From Auanema rhodensis (taxonomy: Eukaryota; Animalia; Nematoda), in contig OZ059898.1 of NCBI GenBank assembly GCA_964057225.1, positions 21,452,001 through 21,516,000 on the forward strand: 64,000 nucleotides of DNA, read 5' to 3'. Below are positions 1 to 13,000 of the stretch, piece after piece; within the stretch, counting starts at the first letter, position 1, and each line of letters starts with the position of its first letter. Both the position numbers and the translations under genes were made by a program. Below the pieces are notes generated by a model. It ran no database searches, was not told the origin of the DNA, and worked only from the letters and a program-made list of their open reading frames with translations.

Positions 1-519
1 CAATATCAATAAAAATTTGTATTTAGACTAATATGGACATGAGGAATCTAATTTTGAAAACCGCATCTCTCTATCTTTCACGTGAAGCGAGTTACATACC
101 AAGTGCACATCACGTGTACATTTAATTAGCATAAATTAAAGTTCACGTAAATTTCAAAGTCATGGTTACCATGAACCAATATCAATAAAAATTTGTTTTT
201 AGACTAATATGGACATGGGGAATCTAATTTTGAAAACCGCATCTCTTTATCTTTCACGTGAAGCGAGTTACATACCAAGTGCACATCACGTGTACATTTA
301 ATTAGCATAAATTAAAGTTCACGTAAATTTCAAAGTCATATTTACCATGCACCAATATCAATAAAAATTTGATTTTAGACTAATATGGACATGGGGAATC
401 TAATTTTGAAAACCGCATCTCTCTATCTTTCACGTGAAGCGAGTTACATACCAAGTGCACATCACGTGTACATTTAATTAGCATAAATTAAAGTTCACGT
501 AAATTTCAAAGTCATATTT

Positions 520-2790
520 ACCATGCACCAATATCAATAAAAATTTGTTTTTAGACTAATATGGACATGGGGAATCTAATTTTGAAAACCGCATCTCTTT
601 ATCTTTCACGTGAAGCGAGTTACATACCAAGTGCACATCACGTGTACATTTAATTAGCATAAATTAAAGTTCACGTAAATTTCAAAGTCATATTTACCAT
701 GCACCAATATCAATAAAAATTTGTTTTTAGACTAATATGGACATGGGGAATCTTATTTTGAAAACCGCATCTCTTTATCTTTCACGTGAAGCGAGTTACA
801 TACCAAGTGCACATCACGTGTACATTTAATTAGCATAAATTAAAGTTCACGTAAATTTCAAAGTCATGGTTACCATGCACCAATATCAATAAAAATTTGT
901 TTTTAGACTAATATGAACATGGGGAATCTAATTTTGAAAACCGCATCTCTTTATCTTTCACGTGAAGCGTGTTACATACCAAGTGCACATCACGTGTACA
1001 TTTAATTAGCATAAATTAAAGTTCACGTAAATTTCAAAGTCATGGTTACCATGAACCAATATCAATAAAAATTTGTTTTTAGACTAATATGAACATGGGG
1101 AATCTAATTTTGAAAACCGCATCTCTTTATCTTTCACGTGAAGCGAGTTACATACCAAGTGCACATCACGTGTACATTTAATTAGCATAAATTAAAGTTC
1201 ACGTAAATTTCAAAGTACCATGCACCAATATCAATAAAAATTTGTTTTTAGACTAATATGGACATGGGGAATCTAATTTTGAAAACCGCATCTCTTTATC
1301 TTTCACGTGAAGCGAGTTACATACCAAGTGCACATCACGTGTACATTTAATTAGCATAAATTAACGTTCACGTAAATTTCAAAGTCATGGTTACCATGAA
1401 CCAATATCAATAAAAATTTGTTTTTAGACTAATATGGACATGGGGAATCTAATTTTGAAAACCGCATCTCTTTATCTTGCACGTGAAGCGAGTTACATAC
1501 CAAGTGCACATCACGTGTACATTTAATTAGCATAAATTAAAGTTCACGTAAATTTCAAAGTCATGGTTACCATGCACCAATATCAATAAAAATTTGTTTT
1601 TAGACTAATATGAACATGGGGAATCTAATTTTGAAAACCGCATCTCTTTATCTTTCACGTGAAGCGAGTTACATACCAAGTGCACATCACGTGTACATTT
1701 AATTAGCATAAATTAAAGTTCACGTAAATTTCAAAGTCATATTTACCATGCACCAATATCAATAAAAATTTGTTTTTAGACTAATATGGACATGGGGAAT
1801 CTAATTTTGAAAACCGCATCTCTTTATCTTTCACGTGAAGCGAGTTACATACCAAGTGCACATCACGTGTACATTTAATTAGCATAAATTAAAGTTCACG
1901 TAAATTTCAAAGTCATATTTACCATGCACCAATATCAATAAAAATTTGTTTTTAGACTAATATGGACATGGGGAATCTTATTTTGAAAACCGCATCTCTT
2001 TATCTTTCACGTGAAGCGAGTTACATACCAAGTGCACATCACGTGTACATTTAATTAGCATAAATTAAAGTTCACGTAAATTTCAAAGTCATGGTTACCA
2101 TGCACCAATATCAATAAAAATTTGTTTTTAGACTAATATGAACATGGGGAATCTAATTTTGAAAACCGCATCTCTTTATCTTTCACGTGAAGCGTGTTAC
2201 ATACCAAGTGCACATCACGTGTACATTTAATTAGCATAAATTAAAGTTCACGTAAATTTCAAAGTCATGGTTACCATGAACCAATATCAATAAAAATTTG
2301 TTTTTAGACTAATATGAACATGGGGAATCTAATTTTGAAAACCGCATCTCTTTATCTTTCACGTGAAGCGAGTTACATACCAAGTGCACATCACGTGTAC
2401 ATTTAATTAGCATAAATTAAAGTTCACGTAAATTTCAAAGTACCATGCACCAATATCAATAAAAATTTGTTTTTAGACTAATATGGACATGGGGAATCTA
2501 ATTTTGAAAACCGCATCTCTTTATCTTTCACGTGAAGCGAGTTACATACCAAGTGCACATCACGTGTACATTTAATTAGCATAAATTAACGTTCACGTAA
2601 ATTTCAAAGTCATGGTTACCATGAACCAATATCAATAAAAATTTGTTTTTAGACTAATATGGACATGGGGAATCTAATTTTAAAAACCGCATCTCTTTAT
2701 CTTGCACGTGAAGCGAGTTACATACCAAGTGCACATCACGTGTACATTTAATTAGCATAAATTAAAGTTCACGTAAATTTCAAAGTCATG
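520..2790. repeat. 7-monomer (1225-bp) higher-order tandem duplication; boundaries approximate
   Basis: Diagnostic variants recur exactly 1225 bp (7x176-7) apart: TCTTA 751/1976, the 7-bp deletion 1216/2441, TTAAC 1361/2586 and CTTGCAC 1476/2701. Confidence 0.9.
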
Positions 2791-5700
2791 GTTACCATGA
2801 ACCAATATCAATAAAAATTTGTTTTTAGACTAATATGGACATGGGGAATCTAATTTTGAAAACGGCATCTCTTTATCTTTCACGTGAAGCGAGTTACATA
2901 CCAAGTGCACATCACGTGTACATTTAATTAGCATAAATTAAAGTTCACGTAAATTTCAAAGTCATGGTGACCATGAACCAATATCAATAAAAATTTGTTT
3001 TTAGACTAATATGGACATGGGGAATCTAATTTTGAAAACCGTATCTCTTTATCTTTCACGTGAAGCGAGTTACATACCAAGTGCACATCACGTGTACATT
3101 TAATTAGCATAAATTAAAGTTCACGTAAATTTCAAAGTCATGGTTACCATGAACCAATATCAATAAAAATTTGTATTTAGACTAATATGGACATGGGGGA
3201 TCTAATTTTGAAAACCGCATCTCTTTATCTTTCACGTGAAGCGAGTTACATACCAAGTGCACATCACGTGTACATTTAATTAGCATAAATTAAAGTTCAC
3301 GCAAATTTCAAAGTCATGGTTACCATGAACCAATATCAATAAAAATTTGTATTTAGACTAATATGGACATGGGGGATCTAATTTTGAAAACCGCATCTCT
3401 TTATCTTTCACGTGAAGCGAGTTACATACCAAGTGCACATCACGTGTACATTTAATTAGCATAAATTAAAGTTCACGTAAATTTCAAAGTCATGGTGACC
3501 ATGAACCAATATCAATAAAAATTTGTTTTTAGACTAATATGGACATGGGGAATCTAATTTTGAAAACCGTATCTCTTTATCTTTCACGTGAAGCGAGTTA
3601 CATACCAAGTGCACATCACGTGTACATTTAATTAGCATAAATTAAAGTTCACGTAAATTTCAAAGTCATGGTTACCATGAACCAATATCAATAAAAATTT
3701 GTATTTAGACTAATATGGACATGGGGGATCTAATTTTGAAAACCGCATCTCTTTATCTTTCACGTGAAGCGAGTTACATACCAAGTGCACATCACGTGTA
3801 CATTTAATTAGCATAAATTAAAGTTCACGCAAATTTCAAAGTCATGGTTACCATGAACCAATATCAATAAAAATTTGTTTTTAGACTAATATGGACATGA
3901 GGAATCTAATTTTGAAAACCGCATCTCTTTATCTTTCACGTGAAGCGAGTTACATACCAAGTGCACATCACGTGTACATTTAATTAGCATAAATTAAAGT
4001 TCACGTAAATTTCAAAGTCATGGTTACCATGAACCAATATCAATAAAAATTTGTTTTTAGACTAATATGGACATGGGGAATCTAATTTTGAAAACCGCAT
4101 CTCTTTATCTTTCACGTGAAGCGAGTTACATACCAAGTGCACATCACGTGTACATTTAATTAGCATAAATTAAAGTTCACGTAAATTTCAAAGTCATGGT
4201 TACCATGAACCAATATCAATAAAAATTTGTTTTTAGACTAATATGGACATGGAGAATCTAATTTTGAAAACAGCATCTCTTCATCTTTCACGTGAAGCGA
4301 GTTACATACCAAGTGCACATCACGTGTACATTTAATTAGCATAAATTAAAGTTCACGTAAATTTCAAAGTCATGGTGACCATGAACCAATATCAATAAAA
4401 ATTTGTTTTTAGACTAATATGGACATGGGGAATCTAATTTTGAAAACCGCATCTCTTTATCTTTCACGTGAAGCGAGTTACATACCAAGTGCACATCACG
4501 TGTACATTTAATTAGCATAAATTAAAGTTCACGTAAATTTCAAAGTCATGGTTACCATGAACCAATATCAATAAAAATTTGTATTTAGACTAATATGGAC
4601 ATGAGGAATCTAATTTTGAAAACCGCATCTCTTTATCTTTCACGTGAAGCGAGTTACATACCAAGTGCACATCACGTGTACATTTAATTAGCATAAATTA
4701 AAGTTCACGTAAATTTCAAAGTCATGGTTACCATGAACCAATATCAATAAAAATTTGTTTTTAGACTAATATGGACATGGGGAATCTAATTTTGAAAACC
4801 GCATCTCTTTATCTTTCACGTGAAGCGAGTTACATACCAAGTGCACATCACGTGTACATTTAATTAGCATAAATTAAAGTTCACGTAAATTTCAAAGTCA
4901 TGGTTACCATGAACCAATATCAATAAAAATTTGTTTTTAGACTAATATGGACATGGGGAATCTAATTTTGAAAACCGCATCTCTTTATCTTTCACGTGAA
5001 GCGAGTTACATACCAAGTGCACATCACGTGTACATTTAATTAGCATAAATTAAAGTTCACGTAAATTTCAAAGTCATGGTTACCATGAACCAATATCAAT
5101 AAAAATTTGTTTTTAGACTAATATGGACATGGGGAATCTAATTTTGAAAACCGCATCTCTTTATCTTTCACGTGAAGCGAGTTACATACCAAGTGCACAT
5201 CACGTGTACATTTAATTAGCATAAATTAAAGTTCACGTAAATTTCAAAGTCATGGTTACCATGCACCAATATCAATAAAAATTTGTTTTTAGACTAATAT
5301 GGACATGGGGAATCTAATTTTGAAAACCGCATCTCTTTATCTTTCACGTGAAGCGAGTTACATACCAAGTGCACATCACGTGTACATTTAATTAGCATAA
5401 ATTAAAGTTCACGTAAATTTCAAAGTCATGGTTACCATGAACCAATATCAATAAAAATTTGTTTTTAGACTAATATGGACATGGGGAATCTAATTTTGAA
5501 AACCGCATCTCTTTATCTTTCACGTGAAGCGAGTTACATACCAAGTGCACATCACGTGTACATTTAATTAGCATAAATTAAAGTTCACGTAAATTTCAAA
5601 GTCATGGTGACCATGAACCAATATCAATAAAAATTTGTTTTTAGACTAATATGGACATGGGGAATCTAATTTTGAAAACCGCATCTCTTTATCTTTCACG

Positions 5701-8700
5701 TGAAGCGAGTTACATACCAAGTGCACATCACGTGTACATTTAATTAGCATAAATTAAAGTTCACGTAAATTTCAAAGTCATGGTTACCATGAACCAATAT
5801 CAATAAAAATTTGTTTTTAGACTAATATGGACATGGAGAATCTAATTTTGAAAACAGCATCTCTTCATCTTTCACGTGAAGCGAGTTACATACCAAGTGC
5901 ACATCACGTGTACATTTAATTAGCATAAATTAAAGTTCACGTAAATTTCAAAGTCATGGTGACCATGAACCAATATCAATAAAAATTTGTTTTTAGACTA
6001 ATATGGACATGGGGAATCTAATTTTGAAAACCGCATCTCTTTATCTTTCACGTGAAGCGAGTTACATACCAAGTGCACATCACGTGTACATTTAATTAGC
6101 ATAAATTAAAGTTCACGTAAATTTCAAAGTCATGGTTACCATGAACCAATATCAATAAAAATTTGTATTTAGACTAATATGGACATGAGGAATCTAATTT
6201 TGAAAACCGCATCTCTTTATCTTTCACGTGAAGCGAGTTACATACCAAGTGCACATCACGTGTACATTTAATTAGCATAAATTAAAGTTCACGTAAATTT
6301 CAAAGTCATGGTTACCATGAACCAATATCAATAAAAATTTGTTTTTAGACTAATATGGACATGGGGAATCTAATTTTGAAAACCGCATCTCTTTATCTTT
6401 CACGTGAAGCGAGTTACATACCAAGTGCACATCACGTGTACATTTAATTAGCATAAATTAAAGTTCACGTAAATTTCAAAGTCATGGTTACCATGAACCA
6501 ATATCAATAAAAATTTGTTTTTAGACTAATATGGACATGGGGAATCTAATTTTGAAAACCGCATCTCTTTATCTTTCACGTGAAGCGAGTTACATACCAA
6601 GTGCACATCACGTGTACATTTAATTAGCATAAATTAAAGTTCACGTAAATTTCAAAGTCATGGTTACCATGAACCAATATCAATAAAAATTTGTTTTTAG
6701 ACTAATATGGACATGGGGAATCTAATTTTGAAAACCGCATCTCTTTATCTTTCACGTGAAGCGAGTTACATACCAAGTGCACATCACGTGTACATTTAAT
6801 TAGCATAAATTAAAGTTCACGTAAATTTCAAAGTCATGGTTACCATGCACCAATATCAATAAAAATTTGTTTTTAGACTAATATGGACATGGGGAATCTA
6901 ATTTTGAAAACCGCATCTCTTTATCTTTCACGTGAAGCGAGTTTCATACCAAGTGCACATCACGTGTACATTTAATTAGCATAAATTAAAGTTCACGTAA
7001 ATTTCAAAGTCATGGTTACCATGAACCAATATCAATAAAAATTTGTTTTTAGACTAATATGGACATGGGGAATCTAATTTTGAAAACCGCATGTCTTTAT
7101 CTTTCACGTGAAGCGAGTTACATACCAAGTGCACATCACGTGTACATTTAATTAGCATAAATTAAAGTTCACGTAAAATTCAAAGTCATGGTTACCATGA
7201 ACCAATATCAATAAAAATTTGTTTTTAGACTAATATGGACATGGGGAATCTAATTTTGAAAACCGCATCTCTTTATCTTTCACGTGAAGCGAGTTACATA
7301 CCAAGTGCACATCACGTGTACATTTAATTAGCATAAATTAAAGTTCACGTAAATTTCAAAGTCATATTTACCATGCACCAATATCAATAAAAATTTGTTT
7401 TTAGACTAATATGGACATGGGGAATCTAATTTTGAAAACCGCATCTCTTTATCTTTCACGTGTAGCGAGTTACATACCAAGTGCACATCACGTGTACATT
7501 TAATTAGCATAAATTAAAGTTCACGTAAATTTCAAAGTCATGGTTACCATGAACCAATATCAATAAAAATTTGTTTTTAGACTAATATGGACATGGGGAA
7601 TCTAATTTTGAAAACCGCTTCTCTTTATCTTTCACGTGAAGCGAGTTACATACCAAGTGCACATCACGTGTACATTTAATTAGCATAAATTAAAGTTCAC
7701 GTAAATTTCAAAGTCATGGTTACCATGAACCAATATCAATAAAAATTTGTTTTTAGACTAATATGGACATGGGGAATCTAATTTTGAAAACCGCATCTCT
7801 TTATCTTTCACGTGAAGCGAGTTACATACCAAGTGCACATCACGTGTACATTTAATTAGCATAAATTAAAGTTCACGTAAATTTCAAAGTCATGGTTACC
7901 ATGAACCAATATCAATAAAAATTTGTTTTTAGACTAATATGGACATGGGGAATCTAATTTTGAAAACCGCATCTCTTTATCTTTCACGTGAAGCGAGTTA
8001 CATACCAAGAGCACATCACGTGTACATTTAATTAGCATAAATTAAAGTTCACGTAAATTTCAAAGTCATGGTTACCATGCACCAATATCAATAAAAAATT
8101 GTTTTTAGACTAATATGGACATGAGGAATCTAATTTTGAAAACCGCATCTCTTTATCTTTCACGTGAAGCGAGTAACATACCAAGTGCACATCACGTGTA
8201 CATTTAATTAGCATAAATTAAAGTTCACGTAAATTTCAAAGTCATGGTTACCATGAACCAATATCAATAAAAATTTGTTTTTAGACTAATATGGACATGG
8301 GGAATCTAATTTTGAAAACCGCATCTCTTTATCTTTCACGTGAAGCGAGTTACATACCAAGTGCACATCACGTGTACATTTAATTAGCATAAATTAAAGT
8401 TCACGTAAATTTCAAAGTCATGGTTACCATGAACCAATATCAATAAAAATTTGTTTTTAGACTAATATGGACATGGGGAATCTAATTTTGAAAACCGCAT
8501 CTCTTTATCTTTCACGTGAAGCGAGTTACATACCAAGTGCACATCACGTGTACATTTAATTAGCATAAATTAAAGTTCACGTAAATTTCAAAGTCATGGT
8601 TACCATGCACCAATATCAATAAAAATTTGTTTTTAGACTAATATGGACATGGGGAATCTAATTTTGAAAACCGCTTCTCTTTATCTTTCACGTGAAGCGA

Positions 8701-10099
8701 GTTACATACCAAGTGCACATCACGTGTACATTTAATTAGCATAAATTAAAGTTCACGTAAATTTCAAAGTCATGGTTACCATGAACCAATATCAATAAAA
8801 ATTTGTTTTTAGACTAATATGGACATGGGGAATCTAATTTTGAAAACCGCATCTCTTTATCTTTCACGTGAAGCGAGTTACATACCAAGTGCACATCACG
8901 TGTACATTTAATTAGCATAAATTAAAGTTCACGTAAATTTCAAAGTCATGGTTACCATGAACCAATATCAATAAAAATTTGTTTTTAGACTAATATGGAC
9001 ATGGGGAATCTAATTTTGAAAACCGCATCTCTTTATCTTTCACGTGAAGCGAGTTACATACCAAGTGCACATCACGTGTACATTTAATTAGCATAAATTA
9101 AAGTTCACGTAAATTTCAAAGTCATGGTTACCATGAACCAATATCAATAAAAATTTGTTTTTAGACTAATATGGACATGGGGAATCTAATTTTGAAAACC
9201 GCATCTCTTTATCTTTCACGTGAAGCGAGTTACATACCAAGTGCACATCACGTGTACATTTAATTAGCATAAATTAAAGTTCACGTAAATTTCAAAGTCA
9301 TGGTTACCATGCACCAATATCAATAAAAATTTGTTTTTAGACTAATATGGACATGGGGAATCTAATTTTGAAAACCGCATCTCTTTATCTTTCACGTGAA
9401 GCGAGTTACATACCAAGTGCACATCACGTGTACATTTAATTAGCATAAATTAAAGTTCACGTAAATTTCAAAGTCATGGTTACCATGAACCAATATCAAT
9501 AAAAATTTGTTTTTAGACTAATATGGACATGGGGAATCTAATTTTGAAAACCGCATCTCTTTATCTTTCACGTGAAGCGAGTTACATACCAAGTGCACAT
9601 CACGTGTACATTTAATTAGCATAAATTAAAGTTCACGTAAATTTCAAAGTCATGGTTACCATGAACCAATATCAATAAAAATTTGTTTTTAGACTAATAT
9701 GGACATGGGGAATCTAATTTTGAAAACCGCATCTCTTTATCTTTCACGTGAAGCGAGTTACATACCAAGTGCACATCACGTGTACATTTAATTAGCATAA
9801 ATTAAAGTTCACGTAAATTTCAAAGTCATGGTTACCATGAACCAATATCAATAAAAATTTGTTTTTAGACTAATATGGACATGGGGAATCTAATTTTGAA
9901 AACCGCATCTCTTTATCTTTCACGTGAAGCGAGTTACATACCAAGTGCACATCACGTGTACATTTAATTAGCATAAATTAAAGTTCACGTAAATTTCAAA
10001 GTCATGGTTACCATGCACCAATATCAATAAAAATTTGTTTTTAGACTAATATGGACATGGGGAATCTAATTTTGAAAACCGCATCTCTTTATCTTTCAC

Positions 10100-13000
10100 G
10101 TGAAGCGAGTTACATACCAAGTGCACATCACGTGTACATTTAATTAGCATAAATTAAAGTTCACGTAAATTTCAAAGTCATATTTACCATGCACCAATAT
10201 CAATAAAAATTTGTTTTTAGACTGATATGGACATGGGGAATCTAATTTTGAAAACCGCATCTCTTTATCTTTCACGTGAAGCGAGTTACATACCAAGTGC
10301 ACATCACGTGTACATTTAATTAGCATAAATTAAAGTTCACGTAAATTTCAAAGTCATGGTTACCATGAACCAATATCAATGAAAATTTGTTTTTAGACTA
10401 ATATGGACATGGGGAATCTAATTTTGAAAACCGCATCTCTTTATCTTTCACCTGAAGCGAGTTACATACCAAGTGCACATCACGTGTACATTTAATTATC
10501 ATAAATTAAAGTTCACGTAAATTTCAAAGTCATGGTTACCATGCACCAATATCAATAAAAATTTGTTTTTAGACTAATATGGACATGGGGAATCTAATTT
10601 TGAAAGCCGCATTTCTTTATCTTTCACGTGAAGCGAGTTACATACCAAGTGCACATCACGTGTACATTTAATTAGCATAAATTAAAGTTCACGTAAATTT
10701 CAAAGTCATGGTTACCATGAACCAATATCAATAAAAATTTGTTTTTAGACTAATATGGACATGGGGAATCTAATTTTGAAAACCGCATCTCTTTATCTTT
10801 CACGTGAAGCGAGTTACATACCAAGCGCACATCACGTGTACATTTAATTAGCATAAATTAAAGTTCACGTAAATTTCAAAGTCATGGTTACCATGCACCA
10901 ATATCAATAAAAATTTGTTTTTAGACTAATATGGACATGGGGAATCTAATTTTGAAAACCGCATCTCTTTATCTTTCACGTGAAGCGAGTTACATACCGA
11001 GTGCACATCACGTGTACATTTAATTAGCATAAATTAAAGTTCACGTAAATTTCAAAGTCATGGTTACCATGAACCAATATCAATAAAAATTTGTTTTTAG
11101 ACTAATATGGACATGGGGAATCTAATTTTGAAAACCGCATCTCTTTATCTTTCACGTGAAGCGAGTTACATACCAAGTGCACATCACGTGTACATTTAAT
11201 TAGCATAAATTAAAGTTCACGTAAATTTCAAAGTCATGGTTACCATAAACCAATATCAATAAAAATTTGTTTTTAGACTAATATGGACATGTGGAATCTA
11301 ATTTTGAAAACCGCATCTCTTTATCTTTCACGTGAAGCGAGTTACATACCGAGTGCACATCACGTGTACATTTAATTAGCATAAATTAAAGTTCACGTAA
11401 ATTTCAAAGTCATGGTTACCATGAACCAATATCAATAAAAATTTGTTTTTAGACTAATATGGACATGGGGAATCTAATTTTGAAAACCGCATCTCTTTAT
11501 CTTTCACGTGAAGCGAGTTACATACCAAGTGCACATCACGTGTACATTTAATTAGCATAAATTAAAGTTCACGTAAATTTCAAAGTCATGGTTACCATAA
11601 ACCAATATCAATAAAAATTTGTTTTTAGACTAATATGGACATGTGGAATCTAATTTTGAAAACCGCATCTCTTTATCGTTCACGTGAAGCGAGTTACATA
11701 CCAAGTGCACATCACGTGTACATTTAATTAGCATAAATTAAAGTTCACGTAAATTTCAAAGTCATGGTTACCATAAACCAATATCAATAAAAATTTGTTT
11801 TTAGACTAATATGGACATGAGGAATCTAATTTTGAAAACCGCATCTCTTTATCTTTCACGTGAAGCGAGTTACATACCAAGTGCACATCACGTGTACATT
11901 TAATTAGCATAAATTAAAGTTCACGTAAATTTCAAAGTCATGGTTACCATGAACCAATATCAATAAAAATTTGTTTTTAGACTAATATGGACATGGGGAA
12001 TCTAATTTTGAAAACCGCATCTCTTTATCTTTCACGTGAAGCGAGTTACATACCAAGTGCACATCACGTGTACATTTAATTAGCATAAATTAAAGTTCAC
12101 GTAAATTTCAAAGTCATGGTGACCATGAACCAATATCAATAAAAATTTGTTTTTAGACTAATATGGACATGGGGAATCTAATTTTGAAAACCGCATCTCT
12201 TTATCTTTCACGTGAAGCGAGTTACATACCAAGTGCACATCACGTGTACATTTAATTAGCATAAATTAAAGTTCACGTAAATTTCAAAGTCATGGTTACC
12301 ATGAACCAATATCAATAAAAATTCGTATTTAGACTAATATGGACATGGGGAATCTAATTTTAAAAACCGCATCTCTTTATCTTTCACGTGAAGCGAGTTA
12401 CATACCAAGTGCACATCACGTGTACATTTAATTAGCATAAATTAAAGTTCACGTAAATTTCAAAGTCATGGTTACCATGAACCAATATCAATAAAAATTC
12501 GTATTTAGACTAATATGGACATGGGGAATCTAATTTTAAAAACCGCATCTCTTTATCTTTCACGTGAAGCGAGTTACATACCAAGTGCACATCACGTGTA
12601 CATTTAATTAGCATAAATTAAAGTTCACGTAAATTTCAAAGTCATGGTTACCATGAACCAATATCAATAAAAATTTGTTTTTAGACTAATATGGACATGG
12701 GAAATCTAATTTTGAAAACCGCTTCTCTTTATCGTTCACGTTAAGCGAGTTACATACCAAGTGCACATCACGTGTACATTTAATTAGCATAAATTAAAGT
12801 TCACGTAAATTTCAAAGTCATGGTTACCATGCACCAATATCAATAAAAATTTGTTTTTAGACTAATATGGACATGGGGAATCTAATTTTGAAAACCGCAT
12901 CTCTTTATCTTTCACGTGAAGCGAGTTACATACCGAGTGCACATCACGTGTACATTTAATTAGCATAAATTAAAGTTCACGTAAATTTCAAAGTCATGGT

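Noticed and set aside
109-116. ATCACGTG matching the budding-yeast CDEI consensus RTCACRTG
   Set aside because: There is no CDEII/CDEIII organisation and the context is a long satellite with a LINE. An 8-bp match is not evidence of a point centromere.
1-176. Assignment of the monomer to a named satellite (alpha satellite, Arabidopsis CEN178, Brassica CentBr) or to a species
   Set aside because: Only the length is similar. I do not recognise the sequence as any of these, and a database search would be required.
10144-10326. 60-aa minus-strand ORF (MLIKCTRD...)
   Set aside because: It lies wholly in satellite and exists only because one A>G variant at 10224 turns the minus-strand TAG into CAG. 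It has no recognisable protein features.
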